Shown in pieces: positions 25,248 through 37,289 of a stretch of 64,000 nt of DNA (its first letter is position 1; every line of letters begins with the position of its first letter). The notes below the pieces were generated by a model that worked only from the letters and a program-made list of their open reading frames with translations, was not told the origin of the DNA and did no database searches. Both the position numbers and the translations under genes were made by a program. The DNA is from Sphyrna mokarran. Lineage: Eukaryota. The stretch covers positions 62,558,001-62,622,000 of the forward strand of contig JAGIQG010000004.1 of NCBI GenBank assembly GCA_024679065.1, in the 5' to 3' direction.

Positions 25248-25544
25248 CATATATGAAAACTTGCACAGCAATATCGTTCACAATCGCCCGACTCTGAATT
25301 TTGACTGCACAGTGATATGTTCCAGCATCCGGTATGTCGACATTCAGGAGATGAAGGTACGCTCCACCTTTCATCATCTGGAAGCGTTTTCCACTGTCCT
25401 CCTGCAAAAAGCTGTTATAACCATCTTTCCACCAGAACGCCGTTGCGTTTATAATGTCGTTATGGAAAGGGAAAGGACATCGCAACATTACGTTTGTGAA
25501 TCTGAGCACCTTTATTGGTTCAATATCCGATGTACCCATAGCAA
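25248..25544 (-). CDS. Ig V-set exon including G strand (pre-joined VJ type), 297 nt, phase 1-1
   Basis: VAMGTSDIEPIKVLRFTNVMLRCPFPF...AFWWKDG...YLHLLNVDIPDAGTYHCAVKIQSRAIVNDIAVQVFIY; acceptor ttttcttttgatag, donor g/gtgagt. Confidence 0.93.
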
Positions 25545-25732
25545 CTATCAAAAGAAAAATGAACACACATACTAAGCCATGCATTTGCAATAAAAGTTGA
25601 TATGTACTACGAAAATAACATTACCCATTCAGCTCATGCATATTGTAACGATTTAATGTACCTCACTGAGAGTTACTCTCGAGTTCCAGCATTTGTATTT
25701 TGATTTGAGATTTATAAATAAGTTTTACTCAC

Positions 25733-25807
25733 CCAGAACCTTCCGACACGTGGCATGGCAATAAATACAAATTTAAAATCAAATAAAAACGTACACTTTT
25801 CCGCCAT
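25733..25807 (-). CDS. Candidate leader exon (out of phase with V)
   Basis: ATG at 25807, strong donor tgg/gtgagt; 75 nt MAEKCTFLFDFKFVFIAMPRVGRFW; an alternative frame is hydrophobic (FYLILNLYLLPCHVSEGS). Confidence 0.55.
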
Positions 25808-26779
25808 CTATTAGATCAACTTAGTTTTGCGTCTTGCTTGCGAAAGTCATACAAAACAAAATGAAAGCAGAATATAGAAATCTACCTGGAAGGAAAATCA
25901 CCAAAAAACATTTGCCCCAAAGCGACCAACCCATGAGCACATGGATGCAGAGACAATACGCTGAGATTTTATATCGAACAAACGGATATGCGTCGAATGG
26001 GCGGCTCTCATTTGATTACAAACGCCGACTGACCCATGGTATCAAAAAACAAATGACAAGATAGTGCTGAATGAAACAAATGCATGTCTTTTCGAACAAG
26101 ATATTCCAGCATGTTAATGAGCTGAAATAGTAATTGGAAACAGAAATCAATTACATCAAAATAGACTTGTGAGTGTGGGGAGTGGTGAATGGGACTGATC
26201 TGGGCGGTATCGATGAAGCTACGGTATTTGACAAATCAAGTCCATGAATCGCCATTTTGTGAGGGAATAATATTTCATAGCTTCATAATATAGGTCCCCC
26301 AAATATTTGTGTTGGATTTACTGTGGGCCTATGTTTATCATTTAAAGTTCCATAGGTCCGAACCTTCTGGTTGATTCAGGCAGCAGATAGATGAGAAGTG
26401 CGTAGAGCCTGTCGGATAAATATTACTTTCATTGATTGATGCATAATCAGATTGAAGGGGGTGAGATAATTTCCCAGTAATGGAACATCTGTGGAAATTT
26501 CCGAAATTGACTTCTAGTGGTTTTTGCTATTTCTTTCTGCGCGGAGTGTAGGTTTACTGAATTATGTGAACTGTTGGAGCTCGGGCCCAGCCTGTTTTAC
26601 GCCTCACTAGTTACCTTTTAAGCTATCTTCATTTCCAACTGTAATCCTGTAGTGTTGGTTTAAGACACGTTTTTCCAAGTACCCTACGAATAAGAATAAA
26701 CCCGCGACAATATACAAACTGCTGAGTTAAAACCGAGATGTACACATCGCAGATCAATCAATTTAATACATTTTATCGA

Positions 26780-27750
26780 TACGTTGTATTTCCTTTGGAA
26801 AATTCGAACACCATCACTAACAAGAAATTGATCTTAACATGGACTATACATATGAAAATAGGTATCAGGTGTAAGTCACAACCAACGACACCAAATTAGC
26901 ATTTGACCCAGTGTCAAGGAGCTCTAACTTACCTGGCGTCAATGGGAGTAAGAGGGAAAAACGCTCCTCTGACTGGAAGCATACCGCATACCTGGGATAA
27001 CAAAGGATGTTTTTGGTGAATTTATGTCAAATATGCCAGTTCCAGGACAGCAATGCAGGAGTTATCCGGTGTCCTGGACCCAAACATTTTCAGCTGCTTC
27101 TTCGATGACCTTGCTTAATCATAAGGTCGGAAGTGTGGACTTGTTTTCAAGTAACTGCTGAATATTGACAAGAATTTGCAACTCATCAGATACTGAAGCA
27201 GTCTATAGGGGAAAAAGGCCTGTACAATATCCAGGCATTAGCTGAAAATAATAGAAAAAAAACATTCACGCCACACAAGTGCTGAACATCTCAAAGAGAT
27301 TGCCTAGCCTGTTAACGGTGCATGACCTTAATTAACATCGCTGAATCCTCCACTGTCAACATCTTGGGCTTACCATAGAATAGAATTTAAACTGGTCTAG
27401 CCACATACAAAAGTGGCTTACGCGACAATTCAAAGGCTAGGAACCCCATGGCGCGAAACTCTCTTGCTGGTTTTCCAATGCTTGTCCTTCACTTATAAGG
27501 CACAGTCCTGGAGTGTCATGGAAGACATAACGCTTGTCTGGATGAGTGCACCCTCAACAACATTCAGTAAGTTCTACACTATTCAGGAAAAAGTAGCTCG
27601 CTTGATTGCTCTCCCCTTCGCGTCATTGAATCCGATCACCACCAACGAATACTTGCAGCTTTGTGCAGTAAATATAAAATACACTGCACTACAAAATAAA
27701 AAAATGTTGCTAAGGTTGTAGAGTCATCTAGAAGACAAGAGTTGCAGACA
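26780..27750 (+). mobile_element. Old L2-group LINE RT fragment
   Basis: Decayed catttgac..gtgt, ttcagctgcttcttcgatgacctt and tgtctggatgagtgca motifs. Confidence 0.55.
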
Positions 27751-27754
27751 TATT

Positions 27755-27975
27755 TTCTTTACCCAGAGGGTAGTTAGGAAGTGGAATGCAATGCCTGCGG
27801 CAGTTGTAGATGCGCCAAGTTTGGTGGCGTTTAAGAGGTTAGTTGATAAGTTTATGGAAGAGAAGGGAATGGTTTAGTTTGGAGGGTCATTGTTTTTTTT
27901 TCATAATTGGTCGGCGCAACATCGAAGGCCGAAGGGCCTGTTCTGCGCTGTAATGTGCTATGTTCTATGTTCTAT
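27755..27975 (+). mobile_element. CR1 3' end
   Basis: FFTQRVVRKWNAMP and a 3'UTR matching the 18160-18287 family. Confidence 0.88.
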
Positions 27976-28089
27976 ATGCTGGAACAGAAAATTACCAAGT
28001 GACTTTGACAACACACAGGAACAAAACAATGATCATCTACAATGCAAAATCACCCAATCATTGATTCTTGACATCCAATGTCTTTCTCC

Positions 28090-29885
28090 TCACTGAAAAT
28101 CACAACACCTACATCCGAAGGGTTATCGTTTACCTGATACTTAAGTAAATCATCCATATAAATACGTTGCATGTACATGAAATCTGTAAAATAGAGGGTC
28201 CTTAATTTGAAGCCATACCCTGCACAAAGCAATATGGTTGTGGTTGCAGGAGGCAAAGAATCTAATCCCTTGGATATCACTGCAGAAATTCCGCAGAGCA
28301 ATGTCCTCCGATTAATGAAGCAGTGTGATGGAATATCCTTTATGACCTGGATGAATGAAGCTGAGCACATTGATAACCACATCCTGGAAGTTCCCCTCAT
28401 CAGTCACCATGCAGACTTGGAAATATATTGCCAGACTTGGAAATATATCCTTGATCTTTCATCCCCCGCCACTCCCCAGCCCCCAACAACACGATTGGTA
28501 TATTTGTAACTTAGAAAATCGCTAAGTGACTTTGAAAGGCAACTAGGGATGGTCAATAAATGTTGGCCTAACTATCAATGTCCATGAAACGTTAAGTTAC
28601 AAACTGACATATGGTCTTCAATGTTAGCATGGAATGTTGATGGATGTATTGTTCTCGACAACGCACACCTAACCTCGGTCGTTGTATACTTGAAACAACA
28701 TTGACCGGAAATGGCAAAAATTGCATTGCGTATTGTTTTATCAGTTCCATCAGCTCGCAGTGATTTTGACACCAGTTAGTTCAGACAATGTTTGCACAAG
28801 CTCAATTATGTGTTATAACATAGGCAGTTGCATGAAAACCTGGAAACTAGAAATGTCCATTATTTGCGGTAATACCGAACTCAAAGTAATATGGGTGGGT
28901 TGCAATAGGTCAGTCATCTAATTTCCAGAACATCACTGCGGGGATTTCGCCGGGCCGCGTTCACAGGAAAACTTCTTCATCAATGACCTGACTTCTATTA
29001 TAAGAAAAGAAATGAGGAAGCTTTTCGATGTTTGCAAAAGATTCAAAATTGGTTGTACATGAAATGAAGCACTAATACTTAAACAGGATAGGCCCTGGAT
29101 AATATCCAAGCTTGAACAGAGAAGTGTCGGCTGACGTTGGCAATACGCAAGTGTGAAACAATTACCGACTACATTAAGAAGGGATCTAACTATTGTACTT
29201 CACATCAGAATAATTTCAATTAGTGAATCTCACACTACCAATATCCTAAACGGTTACGATTTAGTGGAAACTTACGTAGACTACCCATGTAAATATGTTG
29301 GCTACAAGAACAATTCAGAGGCTAGGGATGCTGCAGCGAATTAATCGTCCGTTGAATCCAGAATGCCTGCCCGCCATCAAAAAAGTATACGTTATGTGAT
29401 GGAGTATCTTCTGGATGAATGCAGCTCGAATATTGCTAAATAAGCTCATCGGATTCAGAAATGAACTGCCGGTTAATTTGCATCACGTTCACAAATAGTT
29501 CATCCTTCTTACATGGACGGACAATGCAGCGATCTGTACCACGCAAAAAATGCACTGCTGTAAATTCCCAGAGTCTCTGAGATAACGCGTTCCAAGCTAA
29601 TCATTGCTCCGATCTGGAAAGACAAGCAGGAATGTGGAAACATCATTATCGAACAGTTTCCCTTCAAGTCACTCACCATCCTGACGTGAGATTACATCAC
29701 CATTTCTTCACTGCCGCTGGGTCAAAATGCGAGAACTCCCTCCATAACCGTACCGTGCCTATAAATGCACATCATGGACTACGACAGTTCAATAATGGCA
29801 TTAAGCCCCATATTCTGAAGGGCAATAAAGATGGACAATAAATCCTGGACTTGCTAAATATTCCCACATTGTGTAAACTTATTAA
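28090..29885 (+). mobile_element. Old L2-group LINE fragments with 3' tail
   Basis: gctgggtcaaaa...catggactacgacagttcaa...aagggcaataaagatggacaataaat tail. Confidence 0.55.
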
Positions 29886-30102
29886 AAAGATTTATGAAGT
29901 TCAAAGAACTTTTGAATAACTGGTAGATATAGCAAATTTAAACTAAGCAATACTTATCCTCAATTTTGGACCTATGTCTTGGAGGCTAATATAAATTAGC
30001 ATTAGTATTGATCGTAACTGTTGAAATAATGTCGGAGAATACCTGGTTATTGAGCGATTTTGGTAGTCAATTGCTCAGGTTGTTTGGAAGCGGTCCTTCC
30101 AT

Positions 30103-31015
30103 CAAAGAACAAAGAACAAAACAGCAAGGGAAACAGGCCCTTCGGCCCAACGAGCCCACGCCGCCACCTCGATGTTCCCACTTCTACGCATGATCCCTGT
30201 CATCCCTGTCTACGTTTATAGATATATGCATTAGAATCAAATTTGAGACAACTTAGGGAGAATTTGTTCTGCCAATCAGCCTAAGAGCACATCTTTGGGA
30301 TGTGGAAGGAAACCAAAGCACCCAGAGAAAACTCACACAAGCACGGAGAGAATGCGCAAACTCCCACAGACACAGCCCCAAATCCATGTATCTGCACAGC
30401 ACAGCAATAGTCACTGAACTGTCGTGTTGCCCATCAAATGGTCCGGGTCAAGCGTACACTAACGACGTGAAGCACTAGGCTACTCTCGAAATATCCAAGA
30501 ACAACCCTCTCACGACCCATCGCGTATATGCCCCTTCTTAGACAGGGAGGACCGAAGTACCTGTAGGATAATACATCAGTATCATCGACAAATTACACAC
30601 TTCCTAGGGAACTCCCAAGGCTCATGATGCATATTTTAAATCAATTTTCTGTATCCTTCCATTCCCATTTTGTTCATGTGCCCATCTAAGTGTCTCTTAA
30701 ATAACTCCAGAGTGCCTGCCTCCATCACTTTACTTGGCACTACGTTCCATACTCCCACCATTTTCTGTGTGAAACAACTCCCTCTAGCATCCAAATTATA
30801 CCTTACCCACCACCCCCTCTCACCCTAAGGCCGTGACCCTTCGTGCTATTTGAGTCCATCCTAGGAAAACGCTTAACCTTCTCTAAGTCTACGTCTTTCT
30901 AAGGAAAACAGTCCCAATTTGCCTAACCTCTCCTCGTAACTCAGACCTTCCATACCAGGCAGCATCCTGGTATACCTCCTCTGCACTCTCTCCAGAGTCT
31001 CCACATCCTTCCACC
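30103..31015 (-). mobile_element. CR1 3' fragment whose 3'UTR contains a V-SINE core
   Basis: CR1 C-terminus, then unique UTR, then gggagtttgcgcattctctcc...ggtttccttccaca, then gttctttg tail. Confidence 0.8.
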
Positions 31016-31139
31016 TTAATCCTGAATATTTCACGCATACATGAATTTATCAATATTGCAACATCAGGCAGTCATAGAAAACGTAAAAAATGCTATTTTC
31101 AATTAGCCATAATCTTCAGTCTGATCAAACAGTTTATTT

Positions 31140-31940
31140 GTTTTAGTTTGATTTGATTTATTATTGTCATTTGAACTGCGGATATAGTGAAGAGATTTGT
31201 TCCTTGTGTCCTGTTTTGGCAGAACATACAATTCATAAAATATATAGCTGAGAAAAGGAATAATAGCTGGCAGAGTATATTATTGCATCACAGGTAGGGT
31301 GAAGAAAAAAATCACCTTAATAAATGAAAGGCCATTTCACAGTTGATGATTCCGTTCGTACGTGCTTTCAGGCATTTGTATCCTTTTTTTTTCCGATAGA
31401 GAAAGCTGAAATAGAATTTATTTATTATGTGTGGCTTCTTTCCCGAGGCAGAGCGAAGTACACAGGAAATCGATGGGCAGGAAAAGTATTTGCGTCGTTG
31501 GCTAGGCTAGGGTCACAGTCCTATGTAGTTTCTTGTGGTTTTCGACAGAGCAGAAGGTATAACAAGCTAAGAAACAATAGGAAAGGATACTTTCTATAGT
31601 GTATCTGTAAAAAATGGTAAACATCGTAATGGAGTTATCAAATTTCCTTAAGCTTATGAGAACGTTGCTGAGCTTCCTTAAATATATCGTCGGCTGAGGG
31701 GCCACGACAGGTTGTTGATGATCAGACCACCTCGAGATCACTGCTTCGTCATCATTGATGTAGGCAGGGGTATACCTTTCACTACTTTCCAGAAGTCGAT
31801 GTCTAGCTCCTTCGTTTTTCTGACAGTGATGGGAAACGGAGAACAGCAAATAGATGAAGAATTTGGTGAAATGGTGCAACGACTATCACCTCATCCTTAA
31901 TGTCATTAAAACGGTGGTAATTGACTTCGGAAAAAGAAAA
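31140..31940 (-). mobile_element. Rex1/Babar LINE 3' fragment
   Basis: YLRKL...FYRYTIESILSYC; tttgatttgatttattattgtca end. Confidence 0.7.
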
Positions 31941-32219
31941 TACTAAGAAACCAACCTAAAGGAGTGACTTGAAGACAATATTTAATTAACACATCCAAGA
32001 TAAATGAATATCAGAAGTATATCGTGTTCGCTAAATAAGTTTAGTTGGTTTAAATGCCGCGTGTTATAATTATCTGGGCCATTTTGTTGTCTTCTTGAAA
32101 TTTCACGAATAGCGTGGTGATCTCTTTTTTGCTGTGATGTCAGTCAAATTCACTACTTTCTTGCATTTGCTTCATTATTTCATGTTATTTGGGTATCACT
32201 GGCTAGTCTGAGTTAGGTT

Positions 32220-33240
32220 ATCGATCTTTGATTGTCCTTTCAAACATGGTAGTGACCCATTTTCTTATAATATCACAGTACACGTCCTGCAGGTGCACCT
32301 ACAGGGCTGGCAGGGTGAAAGTTCCAGATTGGGAATGACAATGTTCCATGATATCATGGCATGTGGTTACAGGGAAACGTTCAAGTAGAAGTTGTTGGAA
32401 CTGAATTCATTCAGACATGTTAAGGGTATTCCATCGCACCACACTCCTGCATTGGTTAAGGCTAGTTTTGGACAACATTTGCAGAATAACAAGGTGAGTT
32501 ACTGGCGAAGTATCCCAGCGTCTGATCTGCAACAGTAGTCATAGTATTTATATGGCTTCTTATGTCAGTTTGCGGTAAATTGTATCTCTTTGGATGTTGG
32601 TAGTGGGACGCAGTCAGGCTATTGTAAGTGAAGGTGAGACTGTTGGATTTTTTTTTGTCGGAGATGGACAATGTCTGGCATTGCTATAGTGTCCAAATTC
32701 CTTGCCAGTAATCAGACTTAATCTAAAAGTTACCCCATAAATTTTGCACATGGACGTGAATAGCTTCAGTATCCGAATAGGTGATGAGCAGGAATAGTGC
32801 TGAGCTGCCGCAATCAGCGGAGAATACTTGAACAACTCACTTAAATTGGAGGAAACGTTATTAATGAAAAATCTGAAGGTGGTTGGGCCCAGAACAGAAC
32901 ACTGCCTCCTTCCGCAACTCAGCCAGCTAATGTTCTGTTGGATGTGAGTGTGGCAATGAATTCCACCCCCAACTCCCAACCTCTCAATTCTTCTTAACTC
33001 AGTTTCGATAGAGCTATTGATAATACACTCGCAGAAATGTTACTTTGATGTCAAAGGTATTTACCTTCACCGCGTGTCTCGAATGTATCTATTATATCCA
33101 CATATGTAGCAAGTCTGTAATGAGGTTAGGATACGAATTTTTATGATGGGAAACAAAATAGACTCCAGCGATCTGGTTATTGCCATCAAACTGCTGCATT
33201 GTTGACTATGTTTCCCATTTCTTTGTTGACAATCTGGACT
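32220..33240 (-). mobile_element. Old L2-group LINE fragment
   Basis: QCSVLGPTTFRFFIN in ORF 32614-32979. Confidence 0.6.
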
Positions 33241-33904
33241 AGGATAATATGCAAATAGTTATTTTCTGAGAAACGATGTGAATCACATGCCTTAGAATAA
33301 CAAGAATCCGACCTGTTTTGAAAAGACCTCTCATGATTCTGCAATCCAATTTATGCAGATAGATTACAACGAAATGCTTCCAACGCCGGCTTGGAAAATT
33401 TAAAAAAAACTGCATAGCAGAAAAAATATAAAGGTTATATCCAAACAAAAATGAATGTCATTGCCATATGTCAGTTCGAAAATCTATTTATTTGCCGAAA
33501 TGTGCGGCTGAAAGGACGTGTTTCGCAATAAACCGACATTCTGATGTTCCTGTGTTTACCTTATGTCAGTAGTACCAGAAGCTCATCGGGTGGATTGTTT
33601 TCTTTTGCGAGAAAAAAAGAAGAAGGGGCAGTTACATTTGAAGAAAATCACAAATGTATTTAATCATGTTATTGGTAAGAATTTAATTATTTGTTTTGTC
33701 TTCGTTTGTTTTCAGTTTATCTCTCAAAATCAACTTTAAATACAGAAATTCATTCGTGAATATGAGACGACACTTCTTGATCCGGAGCATATTTCGTAGA
33801 TTAGGATGAGTACACAACTTGAAACCCAAGAAATCAAGTATGTCATTAAATTAAACAGACAGGAATTGTGTGTTAATCATTGACAAACTAAATATGCAGA
33901 TTAC

Positions 33905-34070
33905 CAGATGAAAATCCTGGAATTTCCTCCCTTACTGCATTGTGGGTCAACTCACATCACATGGAATGCAACGATTCAATAAGGCAGCTTACCGCCTCCT
34001 TCTTAAGGACAATAAGGGACGGACAATCAATACTAGCCAGTCAGCGACACCCATGTCCCACGAATAAATA
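33905..34070 (+). mobile_element. L2/Deu-SINE shared 3' tail
   Basis: aaaatcctggaatttcctccc...aaggcagcttaccgcctccttcttaaggacaataaggga. Confidence 0.6.
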
Positions 34071-34702
34071 AAAAGAAGTGTTAATGAATTGAGTCATATT
34101 TGGTGCTATGCAGGCCAGTCCGGCTGAACAATTATACACCATATATTCATGTCGTTACGGAATGCATTAGAGTATTGTGAGGAATAAAAATGGTGATCCA
34201 TTCAGTTGGGCTGTTCTTCTTGTGGAACATAAAATATGTGAGGAACTAACGACGTCTTTAAGTTTTCAAAACCTCTTTGGTAATGACATTAAGTAAGAGG
34301 GTCTTTCATTTTATACATTGAGGAATGGTTTTGTAATTGTCATTAAAAACACGGCTGCCGGATTCGGAAACTGTTTTAAGACCTATTCGTACCAAGTGTC
34401 TAATAGTTTAAGGAAAAGGATTAATAATTTAGCCGACTACTAAAATGGAGACACCTGTGCGGAAATACATACTTTGAAAATAAAAGGTTCGCAATTGATA
34501 AATCAGAAACTTAATTTCAATTAATCCTCAGGGTGCACACGAGCGTGGTGGCGAAAGATTCTTTGCGCTGAACTGAGCACACTATCTAAATATGGGCATT
34601 ATAAGTGTCGAGTTTTAAAGCAGATGGCCCAAGTTTTATCAGTGTTAAAATTCTTTGTTGCCTCCTGTGTGTTTTTCATTAGTTAATATCTCATTTATGC
34701 AG

Positions 34703-34975
34703 TCGAACTGCATGAATATTGACATCTACCACGCAGAGTCACCACTATGGGCAGACGTCCATCTGTTATCATTTCCAGATGAACGCTGTTGCCAACTGTT
34801 AAACCTTGTCATTTACACTCAACTTTGCAGAATCCGTTGATAAAAAATGCTTCTTCTTCACTCTGTTAGTTGTGTAATCGTCCTCAACAAAGCAGGACTG
34901 AGAAAGAATGACACTTGCAGCGTGCAGTATGCAATTGCTTAATGTAAAATACACCGCCAAAATGTCTGTATTGTG
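34703..34975 (+). pseudogene. Possible degenerate C1-type Ig exon
   Basis: 273 nt between AG and GT; SVSCVIVLNKAGLRKNDTCSVQY resembles the C1 S.L.V...YTCxVxH region; 3' part is similar to 36268-36336. Confidence 0.35.
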
Positions 34976-35530
34976 GTAGTAATTCTCAGATATGCAAACT
35001 AATCTCTAGAATCTATGCACTTCATGCAGATATTACGGTTCAGGTTAGAAACTCCGAAGTGTTTTGTGAGGCCCTCCTGAGCCTTGTTTTGCATCTTTAA
35101 CATAGCTAGGATTATCCTGAGATGTTTCATTCTGGGTATTATTCAAGTGAGCCACTAGAGAGCTCTTATCAAATAAAATATATTTAATATTTAAATCAAA
35201 ATGTACAGCGAGAAAATTGGCAAGAACATAAATCAATTACAAACAAGAGCGAAACAGCCAGAATTTGACCCTTGTGCTTATATGTAATAATGTTTCAATC
35301 AAAATCTGATAAAATCCTTCGAAAAGAATCTCACATGATGCGAGAATCCAATTCCCTGGGCTGAATTCTGATGTCGAATAATCTTGAAAACTCAGAGCAA
35401 CCAGCTTTCGCATTAGCTCCGCAAAACACCAAACCTCAGATTAATTACTGCAACATAACTACAAACTTTCTTTCATTAACTGGTAAAATTTTCAAAGCAA
35501 AACGGGGAGAGAAAGAAACTTATTTTCTAG

Positions 35531-35796
35531 ATTGCTTCTAAGACCGCTTCTAACATGCAATCAGATCTATCCATAGCTCTTTTTCTCCACCGAACGAGAA
35601 CATCACCTGTGAGCATGTAATCATCAAAAAAATCTTTTAAAAACACACCAACCTCACACAGTAAAAATATAAATGCTCCTGCCATTGCAAAAACAGGGCA
35701 ATATTCGCTTAGCAATTCTGCAATAATAACTACTGGTCGAATATCCCGTCATCAACCTTTTGTTATGTCTGATCATCAGGGCCTTGGGCAGAAAAG
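35531..35796 (+). pseudogene. Degenerate C1-set exon
   Basis: Acceptor tattttctag; SFSPPNENITC (cf. FYPPNINITW) and GQYSLSNSAII...DHQGL (cf. GTYSLSS...V.HQGL). Confidence 0.5.
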
Positions 35797-36129
35797 GTAT
35801 AATGGAATTAAAAAAGCACAATTGTTTAAGCAGTACAGTTGCTGAACACGTTATCCACGTTGACGTACGTTTCGCATTTTTTTTCAAACTTTGCTGCATT
35901 GTTTTTTTCTAAATTGATTACATAATTTGCTTTCCTAGTTGGAGAGCTGATGGCGCAGTGGGAATTCAACTCGCATTGATGATTCAGAGACTCAGGGTAA
36001 TGGTTTGGGAACATTTGTTAAATGTCATCATGGGAACCACTGGGAATTTAATTAATTCAAATGATTTGCAGTTGAAAGCTAGTCTTATTAAAGTTGATCA
36101 TAATTTAAAAAAAAGGTTGTCTTGCACAG

Positions 36130-36384
36130 AGTTCCTGGATCACCAAAGGTTCCCGGGAAGTAATTCTGCCATGTTTGCGTGTCTAACTACTGGTCGAATA
36201 TCCCGGTGTGATTGCACACCGGCAAAAATATTATTAGTTACTGATTGCCTTCTGAAGTTACTGAACAAAGACACTTGTGACACGCGGAGTGCAGTTGTAT
36301 CATTTACAATACACTGCCAAAATACCTGTGTGGTAGCGTTAAGTCTCAGTAATGCGAATTCAGTTCAAGAAGAATTACGGAGAG
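36130..36384 (+). pseudogene. Open 255-nt phase 1-1 exon-like segment, degenerate C1-like
   Basis: Acceptor ttgtcttgcacag, donor gag/gtatgg; GSNSAMFACLTTG...KDTC...QNTCVVALSL; no conserved Trp. Confidence 0.4.
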
Positions 36385-37289
36385 GTATGGGATTCAGACA
36401 GTGTAAACCACACCACCATCTCATGAAGTAAGGTAAATAAGAAACTGTTGGCGTACTGATTTTACAAGGGTAAAACTCCCCGAAATTAAAAAAAAAATGT
36501 TTTTGGATCAGGTCCATCATTTATCGTTCTGTTACACTAAATTTTCCATTGGCGATTGAATACATTTACATTGAAGAGGAGTACGTAAAGTAGTCGGATT
36601 TTAACTTCTGGTGTCAAATGCGGAGGTGAATAAATCGCATTTCAAAATTACACACAAATGAAACAAAAAACAAACTCGTAATACATTTTATCAACAGATA
36701 TTCCTGAGTAGCAGCACAGTAAAGCAAAAATCTTTGCAAAACGTTTCTCGTGGAATATGGGAGAAGATGCCATAACACCACTGTTGCCCATTCATATGAA
36801 TAATTCAAATATGAATATTGCCACGAATGGATATCCAGTTCTTTGGCAGCTGGTGTGCTTCTGCACTTCCATTGACAGCAATCTAGTCAACACGGAATGT
36901 TACATCAGTCTCTAAATGTTAATCATCAGGATTCGACTTATGGGGTCCGATTTTACATTGCGTCGCGCCCATCTTCGAACGCAAAAACGTGTTAAATTCG
37001 GGCTTGAGGCATTAACGCGATCCGTGTCTGCGCAGATGCCCACTTTACCAAGGCCAGAAAATGGCCGATCCAAAGTGGTGCCTGAAGCGGGCGCAGTAGC
37101 GATTTAAAATAATTTGCATGCATTTAAAGCGAATGAGTGGAAGGCCCACCCATGTTTATCAGCATTTTCCCATTTACCGACGCGTTCTGAAGTCCAGATA
37201 AGGCGCGAAACAGACATACCCAGCAAAGGTCTTTCGAGAGCTCCAACTTCTGAAGAGGTAAATTCAGACCTTCCAACGGCTATATGACT

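Larger units (their letters stand above)
19736..25807 (-). pseudogene. IgSF receptor gene, L-V(J)-C1-TM(Arg)-cyt-ITIM (SIRP/NKp30/B7H6-like V-C1 family); frameshifted as assembled
   Basis: Six exons with canonical AG/GT sites: 25807-25733, 25544-25248, 24726-24425, 22762-22655, 22208-22165, 19864-19736. C1 exon is 302 nt (needs 303); leader ends in phase 0 but the V exon needs phase 1. Confidence 0.88.

Noticed and set aside
25308-25314. Perfect RSS heptamer CACAGTG inside the V exon
   Set aside because: It arises from the H-C-A codons, and no nonamer lies at 12- or 23-bp spacing; no evidence of V(D)J rearrangement
25808-26300. Promoter of the V-C1 gene
   Set aside because: Only short generic motifs (GGAA, GGGCGG); not supportable without transcript data
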